A DNA stretch of 64,000 nt from Eledone cirrhosa. Taxonomy: Eukaryota. Shown piece after piece: positions 1-12,472 of this stretch. Each line of letters opens with the position of its first letter. Positions within the stretch are counted from its first letter, which is position 1. The stretch spans positions 63,550,001 through 63,614,000 of the forward strand of contig OZ024742.1 in the NCBI GenBank assembly GCA_964016885.1, in the 5' to 3' direction. The notes beneath the pieces were generated by a model. It was not told the DNA's origin, made no database searches, and saw only the letters and a program-made list of their open reading frames with translations. The translations under genes and the position numbers were made by a program.

Positions 1-435
1 ATTGTTTCAAAAATTCTAAATAATGATTATTAAAGCTTCTAATTGTATATTATCATTTTATATTGGATTATGCCAGTTTCTATAACCACCATTTTAACAC
101 ATTATTACTTTAATACAACATTATCAATTTAATGCAACATTATCACTATAATAAAATAATTCCACTATAATACAATATTATCCCTATAATTAAACATTAT
201 CACAATTATGCAATATTATCACTTTACCATTTTGATTGATATTTCTATAATAATTCATTAAACCCTCATTTGATGGGCATTTTTTCTTATCTGTTCTTTT
301 CTTGTTTGTTTGTTTTACTTTTCTTTGGGCAACATTTTGTTATTTGTAACATTTTTCAATAAATTATTATTAATATTATTGTTGTTGTTATTTTTCTATG
401 CTTTCATTATTATTATTATTTCTATTATGAAGGAC

Positions 436-600
436 AATGGATTGGCAGTCATTAGGGTGTTAAACAAAATGCTTTGTAATATTTGTTCTAGCTCTTTACA
501 TTCTAGGTTCAAATCCTGCAAGGTTGATGACCTTTCATCCTTCCTGGGTAAGATAAGATAAAGTACCAGTCAAATACTGGTGTCAGTATAATTGACTCCT
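436..600 (+). mobile_element. degenerate tRNA-derived SINE, family B (Nin/Deu-domain-like)
   Basis: ggttcaaatcc B-box followed by ctttcatccttc...gataaagtaccag; same motif as many other copies in the window. Confidence 0.6.
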
Positions 601-2269
601 CCCCCTCCTCCAAAAAACAAAAAAACATTTGCTGGATTTTGCCTAAATTTGATATCACCATCATGATGATGATCATCGTGTTTTCAAAAGCTTCATGCAA
701 GTTTCTTATGCACCACCAAACACACCTGAGGCGTGTATTTGGGGGTGTAGAATTGTGTGCTATATCTGCCTTGCTTTGTTGTGAGATTTCTTTTGTTTCT
801 GGTGTTACTTTTGTGTTTTGTCTATTTGTTGTGTAGACCGTGTGTGTAATGTGAGTTGTGTTATTGTGTTGGGTAAGGATTGTGCTCCATATGTGAATTG
901 TGCATTTTGTATGTGTTGTGTGAGTTGTACTATATTATAGTGTGACAAATGAAAAGATTTTGTGAGTTGTTGCTAGTGTGTAAGATGTATTATAGTATTG
1001 GGTGTCAATTATGTATGATTTATGCCCATCATCATCATCATTATTCATAGATTTTCACGCTGTTGGCATAAGTAGGACAGGTTACTGCAGTATGAGACTA
1101 GACACTTCCTATCACTAACCACTGTACAGAGTGTACTGTGTGCATTTTATCATGGCATCAGCACTAGGGAAGATGTCACACTCTTCACACAACTGTCTTC
1201 TCAACCCATTTTTGGCTGGGTTTTTTCTATGGCTGAATGCCATTCAAAAACAAAAAAGTACTGTACCATTTGCAATGTTTGTTTTTATATGAAATAAATA
1301 AAATTAATAGAGTGTTTGAAGAGTAGCTTACAAAAATGATTAGTTATTGAATTTGTACATTAGCAAAGAAAATTCTATAAATCCGTAAGTTATAGGGACT
1401 ACCATAATTTAACTTAACCCATTTGACATTAAACTACCTAAATCAGTTCTGGTTCTATGATACAAAACTGTTGTTTTTCAGTTTTTATATTTATCTAAAA
1501 CCTTCCACCATAATTTTAGGTAAAAACCTTTGTTAAGAACCAGCTTAAACAATACTTGAAATAGTTGTAGAATTAATGTACTATTAAGCCGAATTACACG
1601 GTACTTGCTGAAGTTTGCATTAATACATTGAAGAAAAAGTTAATTCAAATATAATAAATGACATATTTAAAACAAGTACGGAAAAAGAAACAGATGAGTA
1701 AGTTAGTTATATTACTATATCACTTCAAACTCTTGATTATTTTTGAAATGATTTGAAAATTATAGGCAGTATCTTTTATTAAAAAAAAATATGGTAACAA
1801 AAGGGTTAAATGTATTTACTTTAATTGCAAAACAAAAATAGATACATAAAATATATTGTAAGAAAACTATTCTTATATCTGGCAACTTTATTCATGTGAA
1901 CCTTGTAGGTGATGTGAACTGAGTTTTTCAATACTTGTTTGCAGTATTGTTAGTAAGAAAGGATGATCGCATCTGTTTATTATACAAAGGAGAGAACACA
2001 GGATTGAACTGACTAGTGATATGCCATAATGCAAAAAACTCATCCACCACTACAAAACAGCTCCACGGACTTTCCAACTCATGACAACATGGAAAGAGGA
2101 TATAAAATGATGATGATGGTGATGTTTGTGAGATTTTGATAGTAGATTAATAACATGACTGAAGCCAGGTTCAAGAAGATAACATATTGGATGAGTATTA
2201 ACATACAATTCTCTTTTGAGAGAAACTTAATAACAATTTCACTACTTTTTCATTGTTTATGTTAGTCAT

Positions 2270-2760
2270 GTTGGTACTCCTTCTTTGAAAGACAGAGGTA
2301 TCAGTATCTTTAAAACAAATAGACCTCTTGGTACCATCTTCCTCTTGGGACAGAGTTATTTCTTGGTACTGCTATCTTAGGATAGCTAGACCTCTCAGTG
2401 CCACCTTCTTTGGACAAACAGACTGCTTAGTACCATCTTCTTGGAACATATAGTCTTCTTGGTGCCACTGTCTTCAGACAGGTAGACTTCTTAGTATCAC
2501 CTTTTCAGTGCCAGTTTCTTGGTACCCCTTATTTGGAATAGATAGACCCCTCAGTACCACATTCGTGGTACTCCTTCTTTGGAAAAAATAAACCCCTCAG
2601 TACCACATTCTTGGTACCACTCCCTTGAAAAGCACCACCTTTTTGAAACAGACTTCTCGGTACCACCTCCTTAGAAGAAATAGATTTCTTGGTAGCACTG
2701 TCTAGGGACAGATTAACATCTCAGTACTGCCTTCTTGAAGAAATGTCAGGTGGTACCAAA
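2270..2760. repeat. degenerate ~31 bp minisatellite
   Basis: recurrent tcttggtaccaccttcttgga(a)cagatagac-like units; no long ORF. Confidence 0.7.
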
Positions 2761-2852
2761 GATGTTATTAAAAGAGCAAATATATATTAACCAACACTTT
2801 CCTCTGGTTGAAGTAATGTACCACATGGAGAGGTATATTATATCATTGACGA

Positions 2853-3233
2853 AGGCGCATAGCTTAGTGGTTAGAGCATTGGCCTTGCAATCGAAAGTTT
2901 GAGAGTTCAATTCTCAGATCGGGTGATGTGTTGTTTCCTTGAGCAAGACACTTTATTTCACATTGCTCCAGTTTACTCAGCTGTAGAAATGAGATGATAG
3001 TACTGGGGTCCCTATCATTCCACTGCAAAGTGGTTGTGGAGGTGCCACGGCAAAAAAGCACCCAGCCAATACTGTAAAGTGGACATGTAGGTGCCACAGA
3101 AAAGGAAGCACCCAGCACTCACTGTAAATGAGGTTGGTGTTAGAAAGGGCATCCAGCTGTAGAAATCAAGCCAGAATCAGTTCCCGTCCCACCCTTGCAA
3201 GCAGGGAAAAGCGGACGTAAAACGATGATGATG
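2853..3233 (+). mobile_element. tRNA-derived CORE-like SINE (family A) with RTE-derived 3' tail
   Basis: A-box agcttagtggttagagc, B-box agttcaattc, ccttgagcaagacactt core, tail ggttggtgttagaaagggcatccagctgtagaaa ending in (GAT)n. Confidence 0.85.
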
Positions 3234-3247
3234 TACTCATAGACAGT

Positions 3248-6200
3248 GATAGAGAAGTACAGTTCATTGTTATAGCAGAGAGAGAGAGAGAAGTACAGTT
3301 CATTGTTATAGCAGAGAGAGAGAGAGAAGTACAGTTCATTGTTATAGCAGAGAGAGAGAGAGAAGTACAGTTCATTGTTATAGCAGAGAGTGAGAGAAGT
3401 ACAGTTCATTGTTATAGCAGAGAGAGAGAGAGAAGTAGATTGTTGTTATAGCAGAGAGTGAGAGAAGTACAGTTCATTGTTATAGCAGAGAGAGAGAGAG
3501 AAGTACAGTTCATTGTTATAGCAGAGAGAGAGAGAGAAGTAGTTTGTTGTTATAGCAGAGAGTGAGAGAAGTATGTTCATTGTTATAGCAGAGAGAGAGA
3601 GAGAAGTACAGTTCATTGTTATAGCAGAGAGAGAGAGAGAAGTACAGTTCATTGTTATTGCAGAGAGAGAGAGAAAGAGAAGTACAGTTCATTGTTATAG
3701 TAGAGAGAGAGAGAAGTACAGTTCATTGTTATAGCAGAGAGAGAGAGAGAGAAGTAGTTTGTTGTTAAAGCAGAGAGTGAGAGAAGTATGTTCATTGTTA
3801 TAGCAGAGAGAGAGAGAAGTACAGTTCATTGTTATAGCAGAGAGTGAGAGAAGTACAGTTCATTGTTATAGCAGAGAGAGAGAGAGAGAAGTACAGTTCA
3901 TTGTTATAGCAGAGAGTGAGAGAAGTATAGTTCATTGTTATAGCAGAGAGAGAGAGATAAGTACAGTTCATTGTTATAGCAGAGAGTGAGAGAAGTACAG
4001 TTCATTGTTATAGCAGAGAGTGAGAGAAGTACAGTTCATTGTTATAGCAGAGAGAGAGAGAGAAGTACAGTTCATTGTTATAGCAGAGAGTGAGAGAAGT
4101 ACAGTTCATTGTTATAGCAGAGAGTGAGAGAAGTACAGTTCATTGTTATAGCAGAGAGTGAGAGAAGTACAGTTAATTGTTATAGCAGAGAGAGAGAGAA
4201 GTACAGTTCATTGTTATAGCAGAGAGTGAGAGAAGTACAGTTCATTGTTATAGCAGAGAGAGAGAGAGAGAGAGAAGTACAGTTCATTGTTATAGCAGAG
4301 AGTGAGAGAAGTACAGTTCATTGTTATAGCAGAGAGTGAGAGAAGTACAGTTCATTGTTATAGCAGAGAGAGAGAGAAGTACAGTTCATTGTTATAGCAG
4401 AGAGTGAGAGAAGTACAGTTCATTGTTATAGCAGAGAGTGAGAGAAGTACAGTTAATTGTTATAGCAGAGAGAGAGAGAAGTACAGTTCATTGTTATAGC
4501 AGAGAGTGAGAGAAGTACAGTTCATTGTTATAGCAGAGAGTGAGAGAAGTACAGTTAATTGTTATAGCAGAGAGAGAGAGAAGTACAGTTCATTGTTATA
4601 GCAGAGAGTGAGAGAAGTACAGTTCATTGTTATAGCAGAGAGAGAGAGAGAGAGAGAAGTACAGTTCATTGTTATAGCAGAGAGTGAGAGAAGTAGAGTT
4701 CATTGTTATAGCAGAGAGTGAGAGAAGTACAGTTAATTGTTATAGCAGAGAGAGAGAGAAGTACAGTTCATTGTTATAGCAGAGAGTGAGAGAAGTACAG
4801 TTCATTGTTATAGCAGAGAGAGAGAGAGAGAGAGAAGTACAGTTCATTGTTATAGCAGAGAGTGAGAGAAGTAGAGTTCATTGTTATAGCAGAGAGTGAG
4901 AGAAGTAGAGTTCAATGTTATAGCAGAGAGTGAGAGAAGTAGAGTTCATTGTTATAGCAGAGAGAGAGAGAGAGAAGTACAGTTCATTGTTATAGCAGAG
5001 AGTGAGAGAAGTACAGTTCATTGTTATAGCAGAGAGTGAGAGAAGTACAGTTCATTGTTATAGCAGAGAGTGAGAGAAGTACAGTTCATTGTTATAGCGG
5101 AGAGTGAGAGAAGTACAGTTCATTGTTATAGCAGAGAGAGGGAGAGAGAAGGACAGTTCATTGTTATAGCAGAGAGAGAGAGAAGTACAGTTCATTGTTA
5201 TAGCAGAGAGTGAGAGAAGTACAGTTCATTGTTATAGCAGAGAGAGAGAAGTACAGTTTATTGTTATAGCAGAGAGTGAGAGAAGTACAGTTCATTGTTA
5301 TAGCGGAGAGTGAGAGAAGTACAGTTCATTGTTATAGCAGAGAGAGAGAGAGAAGTACAGTTCATTATTATAGCAGAGAGAGAGAGAGAGAGAAGTACAG
5401 TTCATTGTTATAGCAGAGAGTGAGAGAAGTACAGTTCAGTGTTATAACAGAGAGAGAAAGAGAAGTACAGTTCATTGTTATAGCAGAGAGAGAGAAGTAC
5501 AGTTCATTATTATAGCAGAGAGAGAGAGAGAAGTACAGTTCATTATTATAGCAGAGAGAGAGAGAAGTACAGTTCATTGTTATAGCAGAGAGAGAGAGAG
5601 AAGTACAGTTCATTGTTATAGCAGAGAGAGAGAGAAGTACAGTTCATTGTTATAGCAGAGAGTGAGAGAAGTACAGTTCATTGTTATAGCAGAGAGTGAG
5701 AGAAGTACAGTTCATTGTTATAGCAGAGAGAGAGAGAAGTACAGTTCATTGTTATAGCAGAGAGAGAGAGAAGTACAGTTCATTGTTATAGCAGAGAGTG
5801 AGAGAAGTACAGTTCATTGTTATAGCAGAGAGAGAGAGAAGTACAGTTCATTGTTATAGCAGAGAGAGAGAGAAGTACAGTTCATTGTTATAGCGGAGAG
5901 TGAGAGAAGTACAGTTCATTGTTATAGCAGAGAGAGGGAGAGAGAAGTACAGTTCATTGTTATAGCAGAGAGAGAGAGAAGTACAGTTCATTGTTATAGC
6001 AGAGAGTGAGAGAAGTACAGTTCATTGTTATAGCAGAGAGAGAGAGAGAAGTACAGTTTATTGTTATAGCAGAGAGTGAGAGAAGTACAGTTCATTGTTA
6101 TAGCAGAGAGTGAGAGAAGTACAGTTCATTGTTATAGCAGAGAGAGAGAGAGAAGTACAGTTCATTATTATAGCAGAGAGAGAGAGAGAAGTACAGTTCA

Positions 6201-8145
6201 TTGTTATAGCAGAGAGTGAGAGAAGTACAGTTCAGTGTTATAACAGAGAGAGAAAGAGAAGTACAGTTCATTGTTATAGCAGAGAGAGAGAAGTACAGTT
6301 CATTATTATAGCAGAGAGAGAGAAGTACAGTTCATTATTATAGCAGAGAGAGAGAGAAGTACAGTTCATTGTTATAGCAGAGAGAGAGAGAAGTACAGTT
6401 CATTGTTATAGCAGAGAGAGAGAGAAGTACAGTTCATTGTTATAGCAGAGAGTGAGAGAAGTACAGTTCATTGTTATAGCAGAGAGTGAGAGAAGTACAG
6501 TTCATTGTTATAGCAGAGAGAGAGAGAAGTACAGTTCATTGTTATAGCAGAGAGTGAGAGAAGTACAGTTCATTGTTATAGCAGAGAGAGAGAGAAGTAC
6601 AGTTCATTGTTATAGCAGAGAGAGAGAGAAGTAGAGTTCATTGTTATAGCAGAGAGTGAGAGAGAAGTACAGTTCATTGTTATAGCAGAGAGAGAGAGAG
6701 AGAAGTACAGTTCATTGTTATAGCAGAGAGAGAGAGAAGTACAGTTCATTGTTATAGCAGAGAGAGAGAGAAGTACAGTTCATTGTTATAGCAGAGAGTG
6801 AGAGAAGTACAGTTCATTGTTATAGCAGAGAGAGAGAGAAGTACAGTTCATTGTTATAGCAGAGAGTGAGAGAAGTACAGTTCATTGTTATAGCAGAGAG
6901 TGAGAGAAGTACAGTTCATTGTTATAGCAGAGAGAGAGAGAAGTACAGTTCATTGTTATAGCAGAGAGTGAGAGAAGTACAGTTCATTGTTATAGCAGAG
7001 AGAGAGAGAGAAGTACAGTTCATTGTTATAGCAGAGAGAGAGAGAAGTACAGTTCATTGTTATAGCAGAGAGAGAGAGAAGTACAGTTCATTGTTATAGC
7101 AGAGAGTGAGAGAAATACAGTTCATTGTTATAGCAGAGAGAGAGAGAAGTACAGTTCATTGTTATAGCAGAGAGAGAGAGAAGTACAGTTCATTGTTATA
7201 GCAGAGAGAGAGAGAAGTACAGTTCATTGTTATAGCAGAGAGTGAGAGAGAGAAGTACAGTTCATTGTTATAGCAGAGAGAGAGAGAAGTAGAGTTTATT
7301 GTTATAGCAGAGAGAGAGAGAAGTAGAGTTCATTGTTATAGCAGAGAGTGAGAGAGAAGTACAGTTCATTGTTATAGCAGAGAGAGAGAGAGAGAGAAGT
7401 ACAGTTCATTGTTATAGCAGAGTGAGAGAGAAGTACAGTTCATTGTTATAGCAGAGAGAGAGAGAGAAGTACAGTTCATTGTTATAGCAGAGAGTGAGAG
7501 AGAGAAGTACAGTTCATTGTTATAGCAGAGAGAGAGAGAAGTACAGTTCATTGTTATAGCAGAGAGAGAGAGAAGTACAGTTCATTGTTATAGCAGAGAG
7601 TGAGAGAGAAGTACAGTTCATTGTTATAGCAGAGAGAGAGAGAGAGAGAAGTACAGTTCATTGTTATAGCAGAGAGAGAAGTACAGTTCATTGTTATAGC
7701 AGAGAGAGAGAGAAGTACAGTTCATTGTTATAGCAGAGAGTGAGAGAAGTACAGTTCATTGTTATAGCAGAGAGTGAGAGAGAGAAGTACAGTTCATTGT
7801 TATAGCAGAGAGTGAGAGAAGTACAGTTCATTGTTATAGCAGAGAGAGAGAGGAGTACAGTTCATTGTTATAGCAGAGAGTGAGAGAAGTACAGTTCATT
7901 GTTATAGCAGAGAGTGAGAGAGAAGTACAGTTCATTGTTATAGCAGAGAGAGAGAGAAGTACAGTTCATTGTTATAGCAGAGAGAGAGAGAAGTACAGTT
8001 CATTGTTATAGCAGAGAGAGAGAAGTACAGTTCATTGTTATAGCAGAGAGAGAGAGAAGTACAGTTCATTGTTACAGCAGAGAGTGAGAGAAGTACAGTT
8101 CATTGTTATAGCAGAGAGAGAGAGAAGTAGTTTGTTGTTATAGCA
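3248..8145. repeat. ~4.9 kb minisatellite: AGAAGTACAGTTCATTGTTATAGC + variable (AG)n
   Basis: constant 24-mer separated by variable-length GA tracts, well over 100 copies. Confidence 0.98.
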
Positions 8146-8489
8146 TAAAGTTAGAGAGAGGGAGGGAGAGAGTGTGTGTGAGAGAGAAGTACAGTTTGTT
8201 GTTATATCATAGAGAGAGAGACAAAGAGGACTGTATAGTTGATTGTTGTACTACAGAGGGAGTAGGTAGAGTATATTATTGTAACACCACCAACAACTAC
8301 AATACCACCTAAACAACACTCTATTACCCACTCAATGCAGACACACCAGTAACATCCCCAGAACACTTGTAGAAATCATCCTAATACAACCGCCCCTACC
8401 ATCCAATGTAGACATATCTTTAACACATCAGAACACACTATTGTTATCGTAAGGGGTAGTAGCCTAATTTCTCTAAAACTACATCCTAC

Positions 8490-9640
8490 TCATCATCACC
8501 ATCCTCATCATTATTTTAACTTCTGCTTTCCATGCTAGCACGAGTCGGACCGATCTACATAGACCAAGACAGTACTGAAGTGAGGCTACTGACCTTCCAG
8601 ACAGGCTAGGGCTCTGTTATCTTGCTTACATATGGTCTCACGTTCTACCGAGTGCACAAGAGAGACTGTTATGTCTTTGATCACCTGAAAAGTTCCCCCA
8701 ACCTTTTGTTTAGCAAGCTTTCTACAGCTAGATGCCCTCTTTATCACCAACCACTTTACAGCATGTACTGGGTGCATTTATCATTAATGATAGGGAGGTT
8801 ACTATACCATTGCATGACTGAAGGGTCTTCTCACACACTAATATTATACATCCATCGTAGCATACTCAACTCATTTCTTTCTAGCCTACACAGGTATTCT
8901 GCTGTCAAGGCCCATGTTTCACTGCTGTGTAGCATTGCAGGCATCATACAGTCTACCCTTCACTCAGAGAAAAGCCCTATTAGTCAGAAGCAGTAACAAC
9001 TCTCTAAACCTCTTCTATCCTGTTCTTATGCTAGCTATCACACTTTCAGCACATCCTACTCCACTGTTAATTTGATTGTCTGAGTAGCAAAATCTTCTAA
9101 GGAGCCTCCCTGGCAACTGAAGGAATCTATTTCATCTCTGCTCTTTGTGCTCACTTCTGTGCATCTGCTGCATATAAAGTCTCTCTTTTCTGTTAACCCA
9201 CCTGCAATTTCACTACATCTCTTGTGCATTCATAAATTACAGTGTGTGCACCTTATGAAATTAATGCCTTCGCCTCCTTTCTGACATATCAAACAAGGTC
9301 AATTTTCTGTTGGTATCACCTTCCTGTCTTCTGTCCTACTTATTAATACTTTCGTTTTGCTAAGTTTACTTTTAGGCCTTTCAACTCTAGGTTTTTCTTC
9401 AATGCTTAAAACATTGTCTCTAATTATCCTACGGATTCAGCTATGAGGACTAGATCATCAGCATATAGGAGCTCCCATGGAGTACCAGATTCAAACAGCC
9501 CTCAGTGATGGCCTGAAGGACAATGATAAACAGGAGTGGGCTGAGGACTAATCCCTGGTGAACCCCCATCTGCACTTTAAATTCATCACTGTACCCATTG
9601 CCAACTCTCACAGAACTTTAGAAGCTTGGACCCTGATCAG
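8490..9640 (-). mobile_element. degenerate RTE-clade LINE 3' fragment
   Basis: minus strand encodes VHQG.VLSPLLF, ELLYADDL and NLAKTK remnants; 3' end with (GAT)n near 8500. Confidence 0.8.
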
Positions 9641-10124
9641 ATCATGTGATAATGTAGTTCTAGATACAGTGTGTGTCAAACATATACAGGATGGTCACAA
9701 CTAGAATGCTTTTTTTTTTTATCAGTGCTGACCTAAACAACAACAATAACAACTACAACATACCTACTCAGTTTAGATATATCTACAATATTCCACAATG
9801 TTGCCACTACACCATACCTCCACCCAGATGGGATTTCTACAATATCCCATCACAACACCACCATTACATCATAGCTTCCAACTACTCTGTTAAGACACAA
9901 TTACAACACACTAAAACATAACTACAGTACAACACTAAGAATATTATCTCCACCACCATTGAGTCCAGATAAATACATAAAAACAACATACACACCAACA
10001 TCAACATCATTAACCCTTTCATGACCATATCCCTAATAAAACACACTGTAGTTCAATTAATTAATGAAGAATTTGGAAAGATTTACTAAAATTATGAATT
10101 ATTTAAGTAAGATGGTAAAAGGTG

Positions 10125-10570
10125 TAAAAGCCAAACTCGCTATTTGGTATTTGTGGCAACCCTTACCTATGGTCATGAATCTTGGGTAATGACAGAAAGA
10201 ATACAAGCGGCTGAAATGGGGTTCCTCCGCTTTGGAGTAAGACAATAGAGTGCATAGCTCAGAGATCAGAAAGTCACTCTAGGTAGAGCCGATACTTTTC
10301 CGCCTTGAGAGATCACAGCTCCAATACTATGAGCATGTGGTTAGAATGTCTTAGGAAAGAATCACTGGACAGATTTTGGGCAAAACTAACCAGCAGGAGA
10401 CCCAGGGGTAGACCCTAAGCAAGATGGTTGGATAACATCCATGAGTTTGGCTGGTCTTGCTTGGGGATCCAGCCGGATCTTTTGGAGATGGTTGCTTCTG
10501 ACAGGACCCACTGAAAAGAGTGTTTGAAGATTCTGCCCCCATGACACTCTCAGGAATAAGTGGGCAAAGG
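10125..10570 (+). mobile_element. degenerate RTE LINE 3' fragment
   Basis: TLTYGHESWVMT and IQAAEMGFL remnants; homologous to 54950-55400. Confidence 0.75.
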
Positions 10571-10599
10571 AGGAGAAGGAGGGGATATGGAGGAAGAAT

Positions 10600-10790
10600 C
10601 GACCTCGGTATTGGACAGGTACTATTTTATTGATCCCGAAATAATTGTTTCTACTTTTGGCACAAGGCCAGCAATTACTGGTACTTTATTTTATCGACCC
10701 CGTAAGGATGAAAGGCAAAGTTAACCTCGGCGTGATTGATCCCGAAATAATGAAAAGCAAAGTTGACCCCAGCGAGATTTGAACTCAGAA
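10600..10790 (-). mobile_element. nested family B SINE fragments
   Basis: ggtactttattttatcgaccccgtaaggatgaaaggcaaagttaacctcggc. Confidence 0.75.
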
Positions 10791-10894
10791 AGCTGGAATA
10801 AACATTGCCAAGTCACTGTAAAATAACCTCATTAGTACACAAATCAGATTCGTTGAAAATATAAAGAAAACAAAAACAAACTAGCAAAGTAAAA

Positions 10895-11345
10895 AGTTCG
10901 GCACTACAACGCTATTAGCTGTCAGTCGTGAAAGCAGCCGATAAAAAAAAAAAAATTTCATTTAAGTAACCCCACTTACGCGTGGTAGTAATACGGAAAT
11001 AAACGATGTTTAAAATGCAAGTCAACAAAACTCTCTTGCAACATTGTAGAGTGGATGTAAAATTTTATAAGCTTCAGCTTTGAGAAACTACTCTCACCAT
11101 TTTCCATCGATACTGGAAGTGTGAAAAGGAAGCTCAATGCAATAGCATCATTTGAGTGATATAAAAAAATTTCCCGATTTTAGAATTATTCCAGTTTATC
11201 ATTTTTCCGAACTTACAAGGAATAAATACGTATATACGTATAGACGCATTCACATATTTAGAGGTAATATCACGTGAACACAATCACGTGACAAATCACA
11301 TTATTCTTTCAAATGGAAAAGTTTGGCGCCATTTTTCTCCAGCGA
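10895..11345 (-). promoter_or_regulatory. putative promoter and 5' mini-exon region of a leftward-transcribed gene
   Basis: CpG-enriched unique DNA; two TCACGTGA E-boxes (11270-11291); TTTGGCGCCATTTT E2F/YY1-like site (11322-11335); minus-strand GTAAGT/GTGAG donors near 10979, 11097 and 11215. Confidence 0.5.
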
Positions 11346-11539
11346 ATATCGCAAGTGTCAACAAACGCAAGAGAAAAGAAGAAACAGTAAAAGCAAAAGA
11401 TAAGAAAATGGTAAATAATATCAAATAATTATTAAAAAGTATTGACATTAAAAACGTTACAGGAGTCGCATTACACGAATAATTAAGTTTCATACATACA
11501 TATATATATATGTGTGTATGTATGTATATATATGTATGT

Positions 11540-11595
11540 TTTCTGATGAAAGCGCACCATAATTTGCCTTGGTGGCCCTTGAAATATGTATAAAA
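11540..11595 (+). ncRNA. hammerhead ribozyme type I, probably degenerate or 5'-truncated
   Basis: CTGATGA (11543), stem II AAG..CACCA/TGGTG..CTT, GAAA (11581), near-palindromic ATATGTAT stem III, AUA site; stem I only 3 bp. Confidence 0.5.
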
Positions 11596-11658
11596 TAAAT
11601 ATGGTTTTATAAATATAGTTTCCATTTATTAATATATTATATGTATGTATGTATGTAT

Positions 11659-12050
11659 GGGAGAGATGACCCCTTAGCCTTTGTCAAGGCAGAATTCTAG
11701 GAGAAGGAAAACTCTGATATAACACCTGCAACCCTGATGGTATCCAATGATGTTGACTTGTTCTTCTTTTTGGTAAATATCATCTTGGTTAAGAGAGTGG
11801 GACTGGCTTTGTGCAGTGCCTTTGCTCACTATAAAAGCTTCACGGCACAGGCATTGCTTTATATCTGGAGATCTCTCTGCACTTGTCGTCACATGGTACC
11901 ATGGGCCCAGCACTGTGTGTCAATAATTGTCACAGGTGTAGTGTTTGTACCAGAGTTTTCAAGTCGCTGGCTGAACTCCCATCGGTAGGGGTTCTCCTAC
12001 ATGGATATAAAGTAGTGGCCGTACTCGAAAACGAGTTGGCAGCCACCATG
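11659..12050 (+). mobile_element. non-autonomous RTE-derived (bipartite) element
   Basis: ggagaaggaaaactctg RTE 5'UTR-like motif; 3' stem-loop gtggccgtactcgaaaacgagttggcagccac then (TATG)n; homolog at 37488-37830 (-). Confidence 0.65.
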
Positions 12051-12280
12051 TATGTATATGTATGTATGTAAAAAAAAATGATCAGCAATTAAATGTATTA
12101 AACTAAGATTTTATTGTTTTATATTTTGTATCTCGGCTCTGTAATACACTTGAAAATTTACATTGAGCCTTTTCTCCTACCGGTAACTGGCTAGTACTTA
12201 GTACTACCATCCATATTTATAATCATATATAAGTATAAATATTATTATTATTACTATGTATGTATATGTATGTATGTATG

Positions 12281-12335
<55 letters not shown>

Positions 12336-12421
12336 GTAGGTCCCGGGTTGAGTCGGGGATAACCACAGTAAGTAAGGTACTCAATACATGGCAGAGTAAA
12401 ATTTTTTTATTTTATAGAAGG

Positions 12422-12472
12422 AGCTTCTACAGGACTAGTACTGTTTCATTCAGATGAAATCTTCAGGAAGCT
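12422..12472 (-). ncRNA. hammerhead ribozyme type I in the PLE terminal region
   Basis: AGCUUC-CUGAAGA-U(UUCA UC UGAA)U-GAAA-CAG UACUAGUC CUG-UA/GAAGCU; complete core with three stems. Confidence 0.9.

Noticed and set aside
2855-2925. tRNA gene
   Set aside because: It is the head of a SINE; no proper acceptor stem, and it continues into the SINE body
3248-8145. CRISPR-like array
   Set aside because: The spacers are only (AG)n tracts, there are no cas genes, and the context is eukaryotic
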